Both the position numbers and the translations under genes were made by a program. The notes under the pieces were generated by a model. It was not told where the DNA came from, did not search any database, and worked only from the letters and a program-made list of their open reading frames with translations. From an uncultured Candidatus Saccharibacteria bacterium (GTDB lineage Bacteria; Patescibacteriota; Minisyncoccia; Phycocordibacterales; Phycocordibacteraceae), in the NCBI GenBank assembly GCA_964391975.1, contig CAYMNZ010000002.1, forward strand, positions 12,708 through 76,707: a DNA stretch of 64,000 nt, read 5' to 3'. Positions 1 through 8,612 of this stretch are shown piece by piece (the stretch's first letter is position 1; the number at the start of each line of letters is the position of its first letter).

Positions 1-1
1 C

Positions 2-592
2 GAAGACTACGTCTTTCGATACGACCCTGAATGGTTCTGGGGACTTCCTGAGGGCCCACTGTATTCCCTCTTCCGCCTGCTCGCCCCGAAGAGTTTGCGG
101 AACTCCGGTTTTTACAAGCGACAGTACGCAGCCGCTGCAAAACGTGCGGCCGCAAAGGGAGTCTCGCCGCTCAAGGACGACCAGGAACATTTGATTCAGG
201 ACTGGCAGGTGCCTTGGCCTGAGGCGAAAGTCCTTCTCGACTTCGCACTATCAACCGTCGACATTCTGGGCAAGCCGTGGCTCATCACGCCTATTGTCTC
301 GCCAGGAAAAGCGACGTCGTACCCAATCAAACCTGATACGTTGTATTTCAATCTCGGGTGCTATACGTTCGCGCGTAAGCAAGCGGGCAAAGAACCCTAC
401 TACAATACGAAAGTCATGGATGCATTCTGCTTTGCGCGTGGGGGCATAAAAATGCTCTATTCCTCAACCTTCATCAGCGAAGGAGAATTCGATCGCCTCT
501 ACGCGGGAGATGCCCGCGCTACGCTCAAACAGAAATACGACCCGAAGACTCTCCTCCCTACTTTGTACGAGAAGGTCGCGCGAGCCGCATAG
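2..592 (+). CDS. hypothetical protein, C-terminal part (gene starts upstream of the window)
   Basis: The frame is open from nt 2 to the TAG at 590-592 (EDYVFRYDPEWFWGLPEGPLYSLFRLL...). It is followed 1 nt later by the next gene. No confident family assignment; possibly the C-terminal region of an oxidoreductase-associated protein. Confidence 0.45.
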   Translation, partial: EDYVFRYDPEWFWGLPEGPLYSLFRLLAPKSLRNSGFYKRQYAAAAKRAAAKGVSPLKDDQEHLIQDWQVPWPEAKVLLDFALSTVDILGKPWLITPIVSPGKATSYPIKPDTLYFNLGCYTFARKQAGKEPYYNTKVMDAFCFARGGIKMLYSSTFISEGEFDRLYAGDARATLKQKYDPKTLLPTLYEKVARAA

Positions 593-593
593 T

Positions 594-1814
594 ATGAAAA
601 TCGCTATTATCGGTTCAGGAATGGCGGGATTGAGTGCCGCCTATGCCTTGCACACTCAGTGCGATATCGCCGTGTTCGAGAAAGACTCGAACATTGGTGG
701 ACATGCCCTCACCATAAACGCCGGGGAAACACGGGTAGATGTCGGTGTAAACGTCTTTAGCGAGCGCGATTACCCACAAGTCCTTGCTCTCTTCCGCCTG
801 CTTAAGGTCCCTCTTAGGAAGTGCAGTATGTCGTTTGCCATGGCGTGGGGGGACGGCAGGCTCGGGTGGTCAAGCATTGCTCCTCTGCGCCAACTCAGCT
901 TGTTCGTGAGACCAAGCACCTACTTCATGATTTTTGATTTCGTCCGTTTCTATTCCCACGTTCATACCAAAGCAATAGAGTCTAATCTAACGCTAGAGGA
1001 ATTCCTGAAGAAACATCGCTATGGAACAGCGTTTGCTCACCAACTCCTCCTTCCTATGGGATGCTCAATCTACACCTGCTCAGTAGATACGCTCTTACGT
1101 TTTTCAGCCAACACCTTCATCACGTTCTTTAAAAAGCACGGCGTCCTAGATGTGCTCCGCCTCCCTACTTGGTACAACATCCCCGGTGGATGCCGGGAAT
1201 ATCTTGAGCGCATGACTAAGTCCTTTGCATCGTCCATATACCTTACCTGTCCGGTCACACGCGTTGTGCGTGCGGCAGATGGTGTCACCGTACACAGTGC
1301 TCGAGGTGCTGAATCGTTCGACGCAGTCATCTTCGCTTGTCATCCAAACGACGCGCTCGATTTACTTGCAGACCCGACACCTGAGGAGCTTTCGGTATTG
1401 GGAGCCCTTACCTACAACCGAACTGAAGTGTGCACGCACACTGATACTTCAGTGATGCCACGAAAAAAGGAGTGCTGGGCAAGTTGGACGTACATATTGG
1501 ATGGTGTCCATTCTTCCGTACACTATTTCGTAAACCGCCTCCAGGGCCGCTCAACAAGCAATCCTGTGTTTGTAACGATAGGTCCCACTCGTCCTATAGC
1601 ATCGGAGTACCTCATTGATTCACGTAAGCTGTGGCACCCTGTTTTCGATCTTAACTTCGTCTCTGCGCAGAAAAAGCTTCCGCAACTTCAAGGAGTCCAT
1701 CAGACTTGGTACACCGGCGCGTACGCGGGTTATGGCTTCCACGAAGATGCCTTTATCAGCGGTCAGGCTGCCGCGCAAGAAATCCTTACACAGCTACCCG
1801 CGAGCGCAGAGTAA
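594..1814 (+). CDS. NAD(P)/FAD-dependent oxidoreductase (amine-oxidase-like Rossmann fold)
   Basis: ATG at 594 gives MKIAIIGSGMAGLSAAYAL...DIAVFEKDSNIGGHA, a classic GxGxxG dinucleotide-binding motif followed by an acidic residue and a GG motif. The product is 406 aa. Confidence 0.7.
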   Translation: MKIAIIGSGMAGLSAAYALHTQCDIAVFEKDSNIGGHALTINAGETRVDVGVNVFSERDYPQVLALFRLLKVPLRKCSMSFAMAWGDGRLGWSSIAPLRQLSLFVRPSTYFMIFDFVRFYSHVHTKAIESNLTLEEFLKKHRYGTAFAHQLLLPMGCSIYTCSVDTLLRFSANTFITFFKKHGVLDVLRLPTWYNIPGGCREYLERMTKSFASSIYLTCPVTRVVRAADGVTVHSARGAESFDAVIFACHPNDALDLLADPTPEELSVLGALTYNRTEVCTHTDTSVMPRKKECWASWTYILDGVHSSVHYFVNRLQGRSTSNPVFVTIGPTRPIASEYLIDSRKLWHPVFDLNFVSAQKKLPQLQGVHQTWYTGAYAGYGFHEDAFISGQAAAQEILTQLPASAE

Positions 1815-2127
1815 GAGCGTTCCCAAGCGCGATTCCCAATCCACGCGCAACCCAAAGGGCGGCAACAACCGCGAGCACCGCGAGCACCTGCACAATAAAT
1901 TCTGTGTGTACGAATGCTGCGACGAAGAAACGGAACATCGCAGCAAGGTCAAATACTGACGGCATGTTGGCGAACACTTTCGCCACCCACACCTGCTGAC
2001 CAATGCCATAGGCAGCGAGCACAAACAGAACAGGAGCAACGACGATGTCGCTTGTGAGCGGGCGGAGCATACGAATCGTATGCACCCTCCGCATAACTCG
2101 CTGTTTGATTTGGCTACTCATAGGCAT
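1786..2127 (-). CDS. small membrane protein, putative anti-sigma factor
   Basis: 113-aa ORF with a hydrophobic transmembrane segment. It overlaps the 3' end of the ECF sigma gene by 14 nt in the same orientation, the usual sigma/anti-sigma arrangement. Confidence 0.4.
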   Translation of the reverse strand: MPMSSQIKQRVMRRVHTIRMLRPLTSDIVVAPVLFVLAAYGIGQQVWVAKVFANMPSVFDLAAMFRFFVAAFVHTEFIVQVLAVLAVVAALWVARGLGIALGNALTLRSRVAV

Positions 2128-2671
2128 TGGTATCTTCTAGTGCTTGTTTAAATTGCTTCTTGGCTCGGTGCACCCGGGTCTTCACGGCAGACACGGTTGA
2201 GCCCTCTATCTCAGCGATTTCCTCCTGGGTCTTCCCCTCTATGAACTGGAGGCGAAGTACCCGCGCGCTGATGTCGGGAATCCTGGAGAGAGCGATGAGG
2301 ACTTCGCTACGAATCGAGAGGTCCTCTAAAAATTCGCTACTATCCGGGATCCTTTCATATAACTCAGGGTCTAACTCCTGGGTTACACCCCTGCTCTTCT
2401 TCAGTTTCTGGTACCGAGTGAAGCAGAGGCGGGTCAAAATAGCGTAGGCCCAAGAGGCGAAGGTTGCTCCCTCCTGCTTCTTGAACTTGTCGGCGTAGAC
2501 GTAGATGCGGGTGAAGCAGTCCTGCACCACCTCCTCTGCATCCTCTTTATTTCGCACAATGCTCTTGGCTTTCCGGAGAAACGCCTCCTCATAGCGGTCC
2601 ACCAGTATGCCGAAGTGGTCAGGGTTCTCCCTCGAGAGCGCCAGTATTTCCTCATCCTTGAGGTCATCCAT
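2114..2671 (-). CDS. RNA polymerase sigma factor, ECF (sigma-70 region 2 and 4) family
   Basis: 185 aa with sigma-70 region 2 (DAEEVVQDCFTRIY...FASWAYAILTRL) and a region 4 helix-turn-helix (EIAEIEGSTVSAVKTRVHRAKKQ). Confidence 0.85.
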   Translation of the reverse strand: MDDLKDEEILALSRENPDHFGILVDRYEEAFLRKAKSIVRNKEDAEEVVQDCFTRIYVYADKFKKQEGATFASWAYAILTRLCFTRYQKLKKSRGVTQELDPELYERIPDSSEFLEDLSIRSEVLIALSRIPDISARVLRLQFIEGKTQEEIAEIEGSTVSAVKTRVHRAKKQFKQALEDTNAYE

Positions 2672-2715
2672 GATGTCCTGTATGATACCCCTTAACCCGG
2701 TTCAGGGCATTTTTT

Positions 2716-3291
2716 ATGGCAATACTTTCCTACAACGAAATCCTCCAGAAGAAGGTCATCGTCTACAACGGCGACCCGTACAAGGTTATTTCCTCACACA
2801 TCTTCCGCATGCAGCAGAGGAAGCCAGTGAACCAGACTAAGCTCCAGCACTTGGTCTCCGGCAAGGTAACTGAAATCTCCTTCCACCAGAACGAGAGCGT
2901 TCCAGAGGCTGATATCGACACCATGAACGCGCTCTACCTCTACGCCGGGCGTGGCGAAGCGTGGTTCTGCGAGGCCGGCAATCCGAAGAATCGCTTCTCT
3001 TTCCCTGAAGAGGTTGTGCACGACAAGATTAAGTGGCTTATCTCCAACTCCCCTGTTGAAGTTCTCACCTACAACGAGAAGCCGATGACGGTAGATATTC
3101 CGGTGAAGGTTGACCTCAAGGTCACCGACGCCCCTCCTGCAGTTAAGGGAGACACGGCAACTGGCGGCACCAAGCAGGTGACGCTCGAGTCAGGCGCCAC
3201 TGTCCTCACTCCCCTGTTCATCAACGAGGGCGATATTCTTACCATCAACACCGAGACAGGCGATTACGTAGAAAGGAAGGAGAAAGCGTAA
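2716..3291 (+). CDS. efp: translation elongation factor P
   Basis: 191 aa. The EF-P signature KGDTATGGTKQVTLESGATVLTPLFINEGD matches the conserved KPATLETGAVVQVPLFI region. Confidence 0.9.
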   Translation: MAILSYNEILQKKVIVYNGDPYKVISSHIFRMQQRKPVNQTKLQHLVSGKVTEISFHQNESVPEADIDTMNALYLYAGRGEAWFCEAGNPKNRFSFPEEVVHDKIKWLISNSPVEVLTYNEKPMTVDIPVKVDLKVTDAPPAVKGDTATGGTKQVTLESGATVLTPLFINEGDILTINTETGDYVERKEKA

Positions 3292-3293
3292 AC

Positions 3294-3320
3294 AAAAACC
3301 GCCCTTTCGGGCGGTTTGTT
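3294..3320. terminator. bidirectional rho-independent terminator (efp / rpsR)
   Basis: aaaaaCCGCCCtttcGGGCGGtttgtt. A GC-rich hairpin flanked by A-run and T-run lies between the convergent efp and rpsR genes. Confidence 0.7.
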
Positions 3321-3322
3321 CG

Positions 3323-3529
3323 TTACGCCGCGAGGTACGGCAGGAGGGCCATGTAGCGGGCCCGCTTGATTGCCATAGCAATCTTCCTCTGCTGGGCGGC
3401 ATTCACGCCGGTGCGCCTCTTGGAGAGCATCTTTGCGTGTGGATTCACGAACTGGCGGAGGTACGGAATGTCCTTCCAGTTAATGAACTTCTTGTGCTCA
3501 ATTTCCTCGCGTTCTGATTGATATGCCAT
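3323..3529 (-). CDS. rpsR: 30S ribosomal protein S18
   Basis: 68 aa. FVNPHAKMLSKRRTGVNAAQQRKIAMAIKRARYMALLPY is the S18 signature. Confidence 0.9.
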   Translation of the reverse strand: MAYQSEREEIEHKKFINWKDIPYLRQFVNPHAKMLSKRRTGVNAAQQRKIAMAIKRARYMALLPYLAA

Positions 3530-3575
3530 AAGTCGAAGTACCTTACTCTAAAGGGAATGCCCTGTCAAAAACCTG

Positions 3576-4016
3576 TTAAAACGGAATGTCCTCCGGGTTT
3601 ATCTCCTCGTCCGGATACTGAATCTGCTCGCCGGAGTCTGCCGGACCAGATTGGTCCATGTCGTTACCAGGAGCTGCTCCCCTGCCCTCACCACCTCCTG
3701 CGCCGAACTGGAAGGTCTCAACGATAATCTCGGTGCGGTACTGCTTGGCACCATCTTTCTCCCATGAGCGGGTCTGGATGCGGCCCTCAACGAACATTGG
3801 GCGGCCCTTCTTCATGTACTGCGCAATCACCTCGGCGGTGCGGCCGAAAGCAACAACGTTATGAAATTCTGTCTGCTCCTGCTTAGCACCATTCTTATCC
3901 TTGTAGGTGCGATTGGTGGCAATAGCGAAGTTGACCACATTCTGGCCTGACGGGAGCGCTTTGAGTTCCGGGTCTCGTGTGAGGTTCCCGTAGAGCATTA
4001 CCTTGTTCAAGTACAT
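3576..4016 (-). CDS. ssb: single-stranded DNA-binding protein
   Basis: 146 aa with an OB-fold core (LYGNLTRDPELKALPSGQNVVNFAIATNRTYKDKNG), a Gly-rich linker and a C-terminal acidic tail ending DIPF. Confidence 0.9.
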   Translation of the reverse strand: MYLNKVMLYGNLTRDPELKALPSGQNVVNFAIATNRTYKDKNGAKQEQTEFHNVVAFGRTAEVIAQYMKKGRPMFVEGRIQTRSWEKDGAKQYRTEIIVETFQFGAGGGEGRGAAPGNDMDQSGPADSGEQIQYPDEEINPEDIPF

Positions 4017-4028
4017 GCTCGTATTGTA

Positions 4029-4520
4029 CTACACCCCGACTTCCTTGAGAGCGGCGTCGAGCTCGGTGTCGGAAACAGGCTCCTCAGCAGCTGGCTGGGT
4101 AGCGGCCTGGCGGATCATCTCCTGCATCTCAGCAAAGTGAGCGGCCTCTTCCTTGGTCGTGCGGAGGTCGAGGAAGCGGAAAATGCGGGTCTCGGCGCGT
4201 GCAGCGTCGGTAACCTTCTGGTGTCCTACCCCATCTGCCTCATATGCAATCCAGCAGAAGTAGCTGTTATCGAAGTCGCGGCGGCCTCCGTGCTCCATGC
4301 GAGAAACGGTGTAGGCAAGTTGAATCTTCTCAGGGGTGCCCTCGGCAACGATAGAACCTGCCCCCTCCATGAGGTCGCGCATGGTCTGGTAGACCTTCTT
4401 AGCCTCCTCCTGGGCGAGCTCTGGGTCTACATGGAAACCAAGCTCGTACACACGCACCTCGGCGTGGTCAGCATCAGCTTCCTCTTCGCGCATCTCGCGC
4501 TCCTCTGTGTCTTTTGCCAT
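4029..4520 (-). CDS. rpsF: 30S ribosomal protein S6 (with N-terminal acidic extension)
   Basis: VRVYELGFHVDPE...RIFRFLDLRT resembles the S6 core. It sits in the conserved rpsF-ssb-rpsR order. The start codon is ambiguous; several in-frame Met codons are possible. Confidence 0.7.
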   Translation of the reverse strand: MAKDTEEREMREEEADADHAEVRVYELGFHVDPELAQEEAKKVYQTMRDLMEGAGSIVAEGTPEKIQLAYTVSRMEHGGRRDFDNSYFCWIAYEADGVGHQKVTDAARAETRIFRFLDLRTTKEEAAHFAEMQEMIRQAATQPAAEEPVSDTELDAALKEVGV

Positions 4521-4569
4521 AGTCGCCGTATCCTAGCACGTGCCCCTGGGGCTCGCAAATACTGAGGTT

Positions 4570-5349
4570 TTAGGCCGTAGGAAGCCTGAAGGCCCTGAGT
4601 GCGTTCCCAAGTAGAGCCTCTCGCACCACCTCTTCATCTTCCCCTCGAATAGAAGCTACAGCCTTCACCACCTCCCTGACCGCCAGTGGGTCGTTCCGCT
4701 TCCCCCGGTTGGGTGCGGGCGCAACATAGGGAGCGTCAGTCTCGGAGAGAATATTCTCGAGCGGCAGGTACTTCACCACCTCATCGTAGTCGTGCGTGAA
4801 GGTCAGCACTGCGGTGAAGGAGAAGGTAAAGCCTAGTTCAAGAAACTTCTTCGTGGTCTCAACATCTCCTACGTAGAAATGCATGTTGCCCCGCACATTC
4901 TTTCCTTTGAGCATATCGATGGCATCGAGGTACGCATCCATGCTCCCTTTTGAAGGACGGGCATGAATCATGAGCGGCTTGTCAGTATCAAGCGCCAGCT
5001 GAATATGCTTATCAAACACTTCCTTCTGTCGCGTCTTCTCATTCTCCGGCTCTTCAGGGCGGAAGTAATCAAGCCCACACTCCCCTATCGCAACGACGTT
5101 CGGGTCTTCTGCGAGTTTCCGATAGTAGCTATCGTCGTAACCTTCGCGTGGCTTGTCGTTGGGATGCAAACCCACTGCAGCAAAGAGTGTCTTGCCGTCA
5201 GCGAGTTCTACTGCCCCCCGAGAGAGGGTACTGTCGGTGCCGACGATAAGTCCACCCACTTCTGCGTCTTTCATGGAAGCCAAGAGTTCAGTACGGTCTT
5301 CGTCGTACTGAGGGAATTGTATGTGGCAGTGTGCGTCGAAATACTTCAC
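4570..5349 (-). CDS. tatD: TatD-family metal-dependent deoxyribonuclease
   Basis: 259 aa. It begins MKYFDAHCHIQFP and contains GECGLDY, DAPYVAP and other TatD/YcfH hydrolase motifs. It is placed downstream of metG as in many bacteria. Confidence 0.85.
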   Translation of the reverse strand: MKYFDAHCHIQFPQYDEDRTELLASMKDAEVGGLIVGTDSTLSRGAVELADGKTLFAAVGLHPNDKPREGYDDSYYRKLAEDPNVVAIGECGLDYFRPEEPENEKTRQKEVFDKHIQLALDTDKPLMIHARPSKGSMDAYLDAIDMLKGKNVRGNMHFYVGDVETTKKFLELGFTFSFTAVLTFTHDYDEVVKYLPLENILSETDAPYVAPAPNRGKRNDPLAVREVVKAVASIRGEDEEVVREALLGNALRAFRLPTA

Positions 5350-6782
5350 GGAAGGCGCGGGAATAGGTTTTCGGGCTTTGTGTTCGTCTGTACCGCGGCC
5401 ATGATTGCGTTTGCAGTCGCTGGCATCAGCGGCGCCAGGTGCGCAGCAAGCTTCGCAAGGTGCACAACGAGTTTTGCAATAACAGCGCGCGCCTCTTCTG
5501 CAGTCGCCTCAACCTTAATCTTTTTGTACGGCTCCTCCGTTGTCATGTACTCGTCTCCCTTCGCAACATGCACGAAGATAAGGTCCACCGCCTCGTTGAA
5601 CTTGAACTCTTCGATAAGATTAGCGAAGGCTGGTTCTACTTCTATTTCATCGAGTGCGACTGGCGCCGATAGATGTTCCTCTGCAAGTTTCATCACGCGC
5701 GCGACCAGGTTCCCAAGTCCGTTCACTAAGTTCGCGGTGTACCACTCATCAAGGCGCTCCCAGGTAATGTCGGAATCTTCTACTGGGTGCACATGGCGGA
5801 GCAGCAAGTAGCGCGTCGCATCAGTCCCATACTTCTGCACGAGGTCGTAGGGATTGATGACGTTCCCCAAAGACTTGCTCATACGCTGACCTCCGGAGTT
5901 GATGAAGCCGTGATAGAAAACCTGGTCGGAGTTCTTTACGCCTGCCGAGAAAAGCATCGCCTGCCACATGAGTGACTGGAAGCGCACCTGGTCCTTCCCT
6001 GCCATCTGTAGCACATGCCCTCCCTCCCAGAATTTCTTGAAGTTTCCCTCTAGGTCCTCTGGCCAACCCAAGGTTGAGATGTAGCTGGTGAGCGCATCAA
6101 ACCAGACGTACATAACTTGGGAATCATCCCCTGGTACCGGCACGCCCCACGAAAGCCTGGCCTTCTCACGCGAGATACTGAAGTCCTCGAGACCCCCCTT
6201 CACAAAGGTGAGTGCCTCCTCGCGGCGCCATTCAGGAATGATGACGCTCGGGCGGCTTAGATAGGCCACGAGCCGCTCCTGGTAGTTAGAGAACTTAAAG
6301 AAGTAGTTCTCCTCGGAGATAGTCTCAGGAGTCAGCGAAGGATGGATGGTGCACTTTCCGTTCTCATCGAGCTCCTTCTCCGTCTTGTACGCCTCGCAGC
6401 CAACACAGTACAACCCTGAATAGGTCTTCTTGTAGATGTCACCTGCCGCATCACAGCGCCGCCACATCTCTTGTGCCGCTTTGTAATGAGATGGGTTCGT
6501 CGTGCGGATAAACGCGTCGTAGGAAAGGTCGAGTGCGCCTCCGAGTTTCTTGAACTCATCTGAGTAGTGGTCAACGTACGCGTGCACATCGGTTCCTGTC
6601 TTCTCTGCCGCCTGCAGTATCTTCTGACCGTGCTCGTCAGTACCTATATTGAAAAACACCTCCTCGCCCTTAAGGCGCAGGGTGCGTGCAAATGCATCAG
6701 CCTGGACAAATTCAAGTGCATTGCCGATGTGCGGGTCGGCATTCACGTACGGAAGTGTCGTCGTGAGGTAGCGTGAGCTCAT
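5346..6782 (-). CDS. metG: methionyl-tRNA synthetase, short form lacking the C-terminal tRNA-binding domain
   Basis: 478 aa. HIGH motif (PYVNADPHIGNA), KMSKS motif (RMSKSLGN) and the CxxC knuckle (CVGCEAY...C). There is a 4-nt overlap with tatD. Confidence 0.95.
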   Translation of the reverse strand: MSSRYLTTTLPYVNADPHIGNALEFVQADAFARTLRLKGEEVFFNIGTDEHGQKILQAAEKTGTDVHAYVDHYSDEFKKLGGALDLSYDAFIRTTNPSHYKAAQEMWRRCDAAGDIYKKTYSGLYCVGCEAYKTEKELDENGKCTIHPSLTPETISEENYFFKFSNYQERLVAYLSRPSVIIPEWRREEALTFVKGGLEDFSISREKARLSWGVPVPGDDSQVMYVWFDALTSYISTLGWPEDLEGNFKKFWEGGHVLQMAGKDQVRFQSLMWQAMLFSAGVKNSDQVFYHGFINSGGQRMSKSLGNVINPYDLVQKYGTDATRYLLLRHVHPVEDSDITWERLDEWYTANLVNGLGNLVARVMKLAEEHLSAPVALDEIEVEPAFANLIEEFKFNEAVDLIFVHVAKGDEYMTTEEPYKKIKVEATAEEARAVIAKLVVHLAKLAAHLAPLMPATANAIMAAVQTNTKPENLFPRLP

Positions 6783-6788
6783 TGAAAC

Positions 6789-7832
6789 TTACGCCTTCGC
6801 GCGCTTGCTCTTATCGAAGTCCATAAGAAACTCCTGGAACGCAGCAGCCACCGGCACCGAAAGAAGAACACCAAGGAACCCGGCGATATTGCCGCCCACG
6901 ATGATTGCGAGAATCACCATTAACGGAGGGAGACCGACGATCTTCTTCACCACGAGCGGGTAAATTAAGTTGGCCTGAAACAGGTTCATGATGAGGAAGA
7001 CTCCCGCGACGAGCACCATAAGAGTGACGCCGCCCGTTGAGAAACCAATGATGAGCGCAGGCACCGCTGCGATGAAGGAACCGAAGATAGGAATGAGTTC
7101 TGCAACAGCAGTCAGCGCAGCCAAGAGAAGCGCATAGGGCACGCCAAGGATAAGGAGCAGCAAATAGATGATGACGCCTGAGAGAAGCGAGAGAAGGAGT
7201 TGCCCCTGCATCCACTGCCCTATCTTCACGTGTGCGCGGCGCCAGAGGTTAAGCACATACGGCTCGTATTTCTGCGGGGTAACAATCTTAAGGAAGTCAT
7301 CAATGCCCGTCTCGCGGATGGCGAGATAGAAAGACAACACAATCACGAGGAGCAACGAGAAGATACCGCCGAAGAAGGAGGAGACAAGACGGAAGGCACC
7401 CTCTGAAGTGTCCGCGAATGCGGAGCGGAACGCGAAGATGGTATCGACAAGCGATGTCTGTCCTTCCGCTGCCTGCTCTGCTGCGACCGAAATAGAAGTA
7501 AGCGACGCTGGGAGGTCGAGTGTTTCAAGATACTGCGGAGCCGAAAGGAAGAACGCCTGCGTATCTTCCAAGAGTGGTGGGAGGAACACATAAACGATAC
7601 CGAAAAAGGACCCGAACAATAGAAGGTACATACCCAGAACCGCGAGCACGCGCGGAATCTTATATTTCATGAAAAAGGCCACGCCTGGCTCCACTGCCGA
7701 GGCAATCACAATGGCGGTCAGCACCAGAAGGGCGAGGTCTCGAAGGAACCACAGCAAATAGGCTGCAGTACAGATGAAGATAATCATCACTATCGTGCCC
7801 GGAGTGATGGAGACGTTTATCTGCTTATCCAT
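6789..7832 (-). CDS. AI-2E family transporter (UPF0118/PerM-like permease)
   Basis: 347 aa. The multi-TM profile and overall architecture are typical of AI-2E/YhhT permeases. Confidence 0.8.
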   Translation of the reverse strand: MDKQINVSITPGTIVMIIFICTAAYLLWFLRDLALLVLTAIVIASAVEPGVAFFMKYKIPRVLAVLGMYLLLFGSFFGIVYVFLPPLLEDTQAFFLSAPQYLETLDLPASLTSISVAAEQAAEGQTSLVDTIFAFRSAFADTSEGAFRLVSSFFGGIFSLLLVIVLSFYLAIRETGIDDFLKIVTPQKYEPYVLNLWRRAHVKIGQWMQGQLLLSLLSGVIIYLLLLILGVPYALLLAALTAVAELIPIFGSFIAAVPALIIGFSTGGVTLMVLVAGVFLIMNLFQANLIYPLVVKKIVGLPPLMVILAIIVGGNIAGFLGVLLSVPVAAAFQEFLMDFDKSKRAKA

Positions 7833-7868
7833 AGAGGAAATAGTAGCACAGTCCGTATTTTGAGGCGG

Positions 7869-8597
7869 TTAGAGCCACCGCTCGTTTTTGAACTCTCCTT
7901 CTTCCTGATGCCCAAGATTATTGAGCCTCTTGAGGAAAAGACGAGCTGATTCTTTGTACCGTTCGAAATCCTGACCGTCCCATTTTTGCTCAGTGGGAGC
8001 ATGAAATCCTCCAAAAATATCGAGGCCGAATGGCGAGCCTCCGTAATGAAATACGTTAATGAGCCGCTCGAGTATCATCATCTTTTCTTGTGCTGTCTCA
8101 GCTTTCCAGTAGGGATTTACAATGTCTTTCTCAACAATCTCTGTATTAAACATGTTCCCTTTCCATACCTGCAGATCCATGACTGGAGCAACCGCCTTCC
8201 AAAAACGATTGATGTACCCCTCGGTACTCTGGCTTATATTGTTGATGCCCCGTACGTTGATGTCTCGCTGAAGCATGAGGTGGAGGCGAATCAGTCCATA
8301 GGCATTCAGGCGCTGTCCTTCAAGCGCAGACTTAACGCGAGAAAAAGCTTCTTTCAAGGGCTCCGATGTCTTCCCTCCGTCCTCTGCCCTCAAATCGAGA
8401 TGGGATTTACTCCACCCCGTATCGTTGCTTTTTATCTTCGCAATCCAGGCAATCTCTTCTTTTGACGTAATACCGGCACTTTTCACGAGCCCCATATCTT
8501 CATTCCCAATAAAGGCCTCGGGGCTCAGCTTCGCCGCTACTGCAGCTAGCACTTCGTGATTGGGTTGTATGGCTTTAGGAATACCTTCCTTTTTCAT
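7869..8597 (-). CDS. hypothetical protein (locally low GC)
   Basis: 242-aa ORF with no recognisable motif. The nucleotide composition is visibly more AT-rich than the flanking genes. Confidence 0.5.
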   Translation of the reverse strand: MKKEGIPKAIQPNHEVLAAVAAKLSPEAFIGNEDMGLVKSAGITSKEEIAWIAKIKSNDTGWSKSHLDLRAEDGGKTSEPLKEAFSRVKSALEGQRLNAYGLIRLHLMLQRDINVRGINNISQSTEGYINRFWKAVAPVMDLQVWKGNMFNTEIVEKDIVNPYWKAETAQEKMMILERLINVFHYGGSPFGLDIFGGFHAPTEQKWDGQDFERYKESARLFLKRLNNLGHQEEGEFKNERWL

Positions 8598-8612
8598 ACA
8601 AGTGAAGAGACT

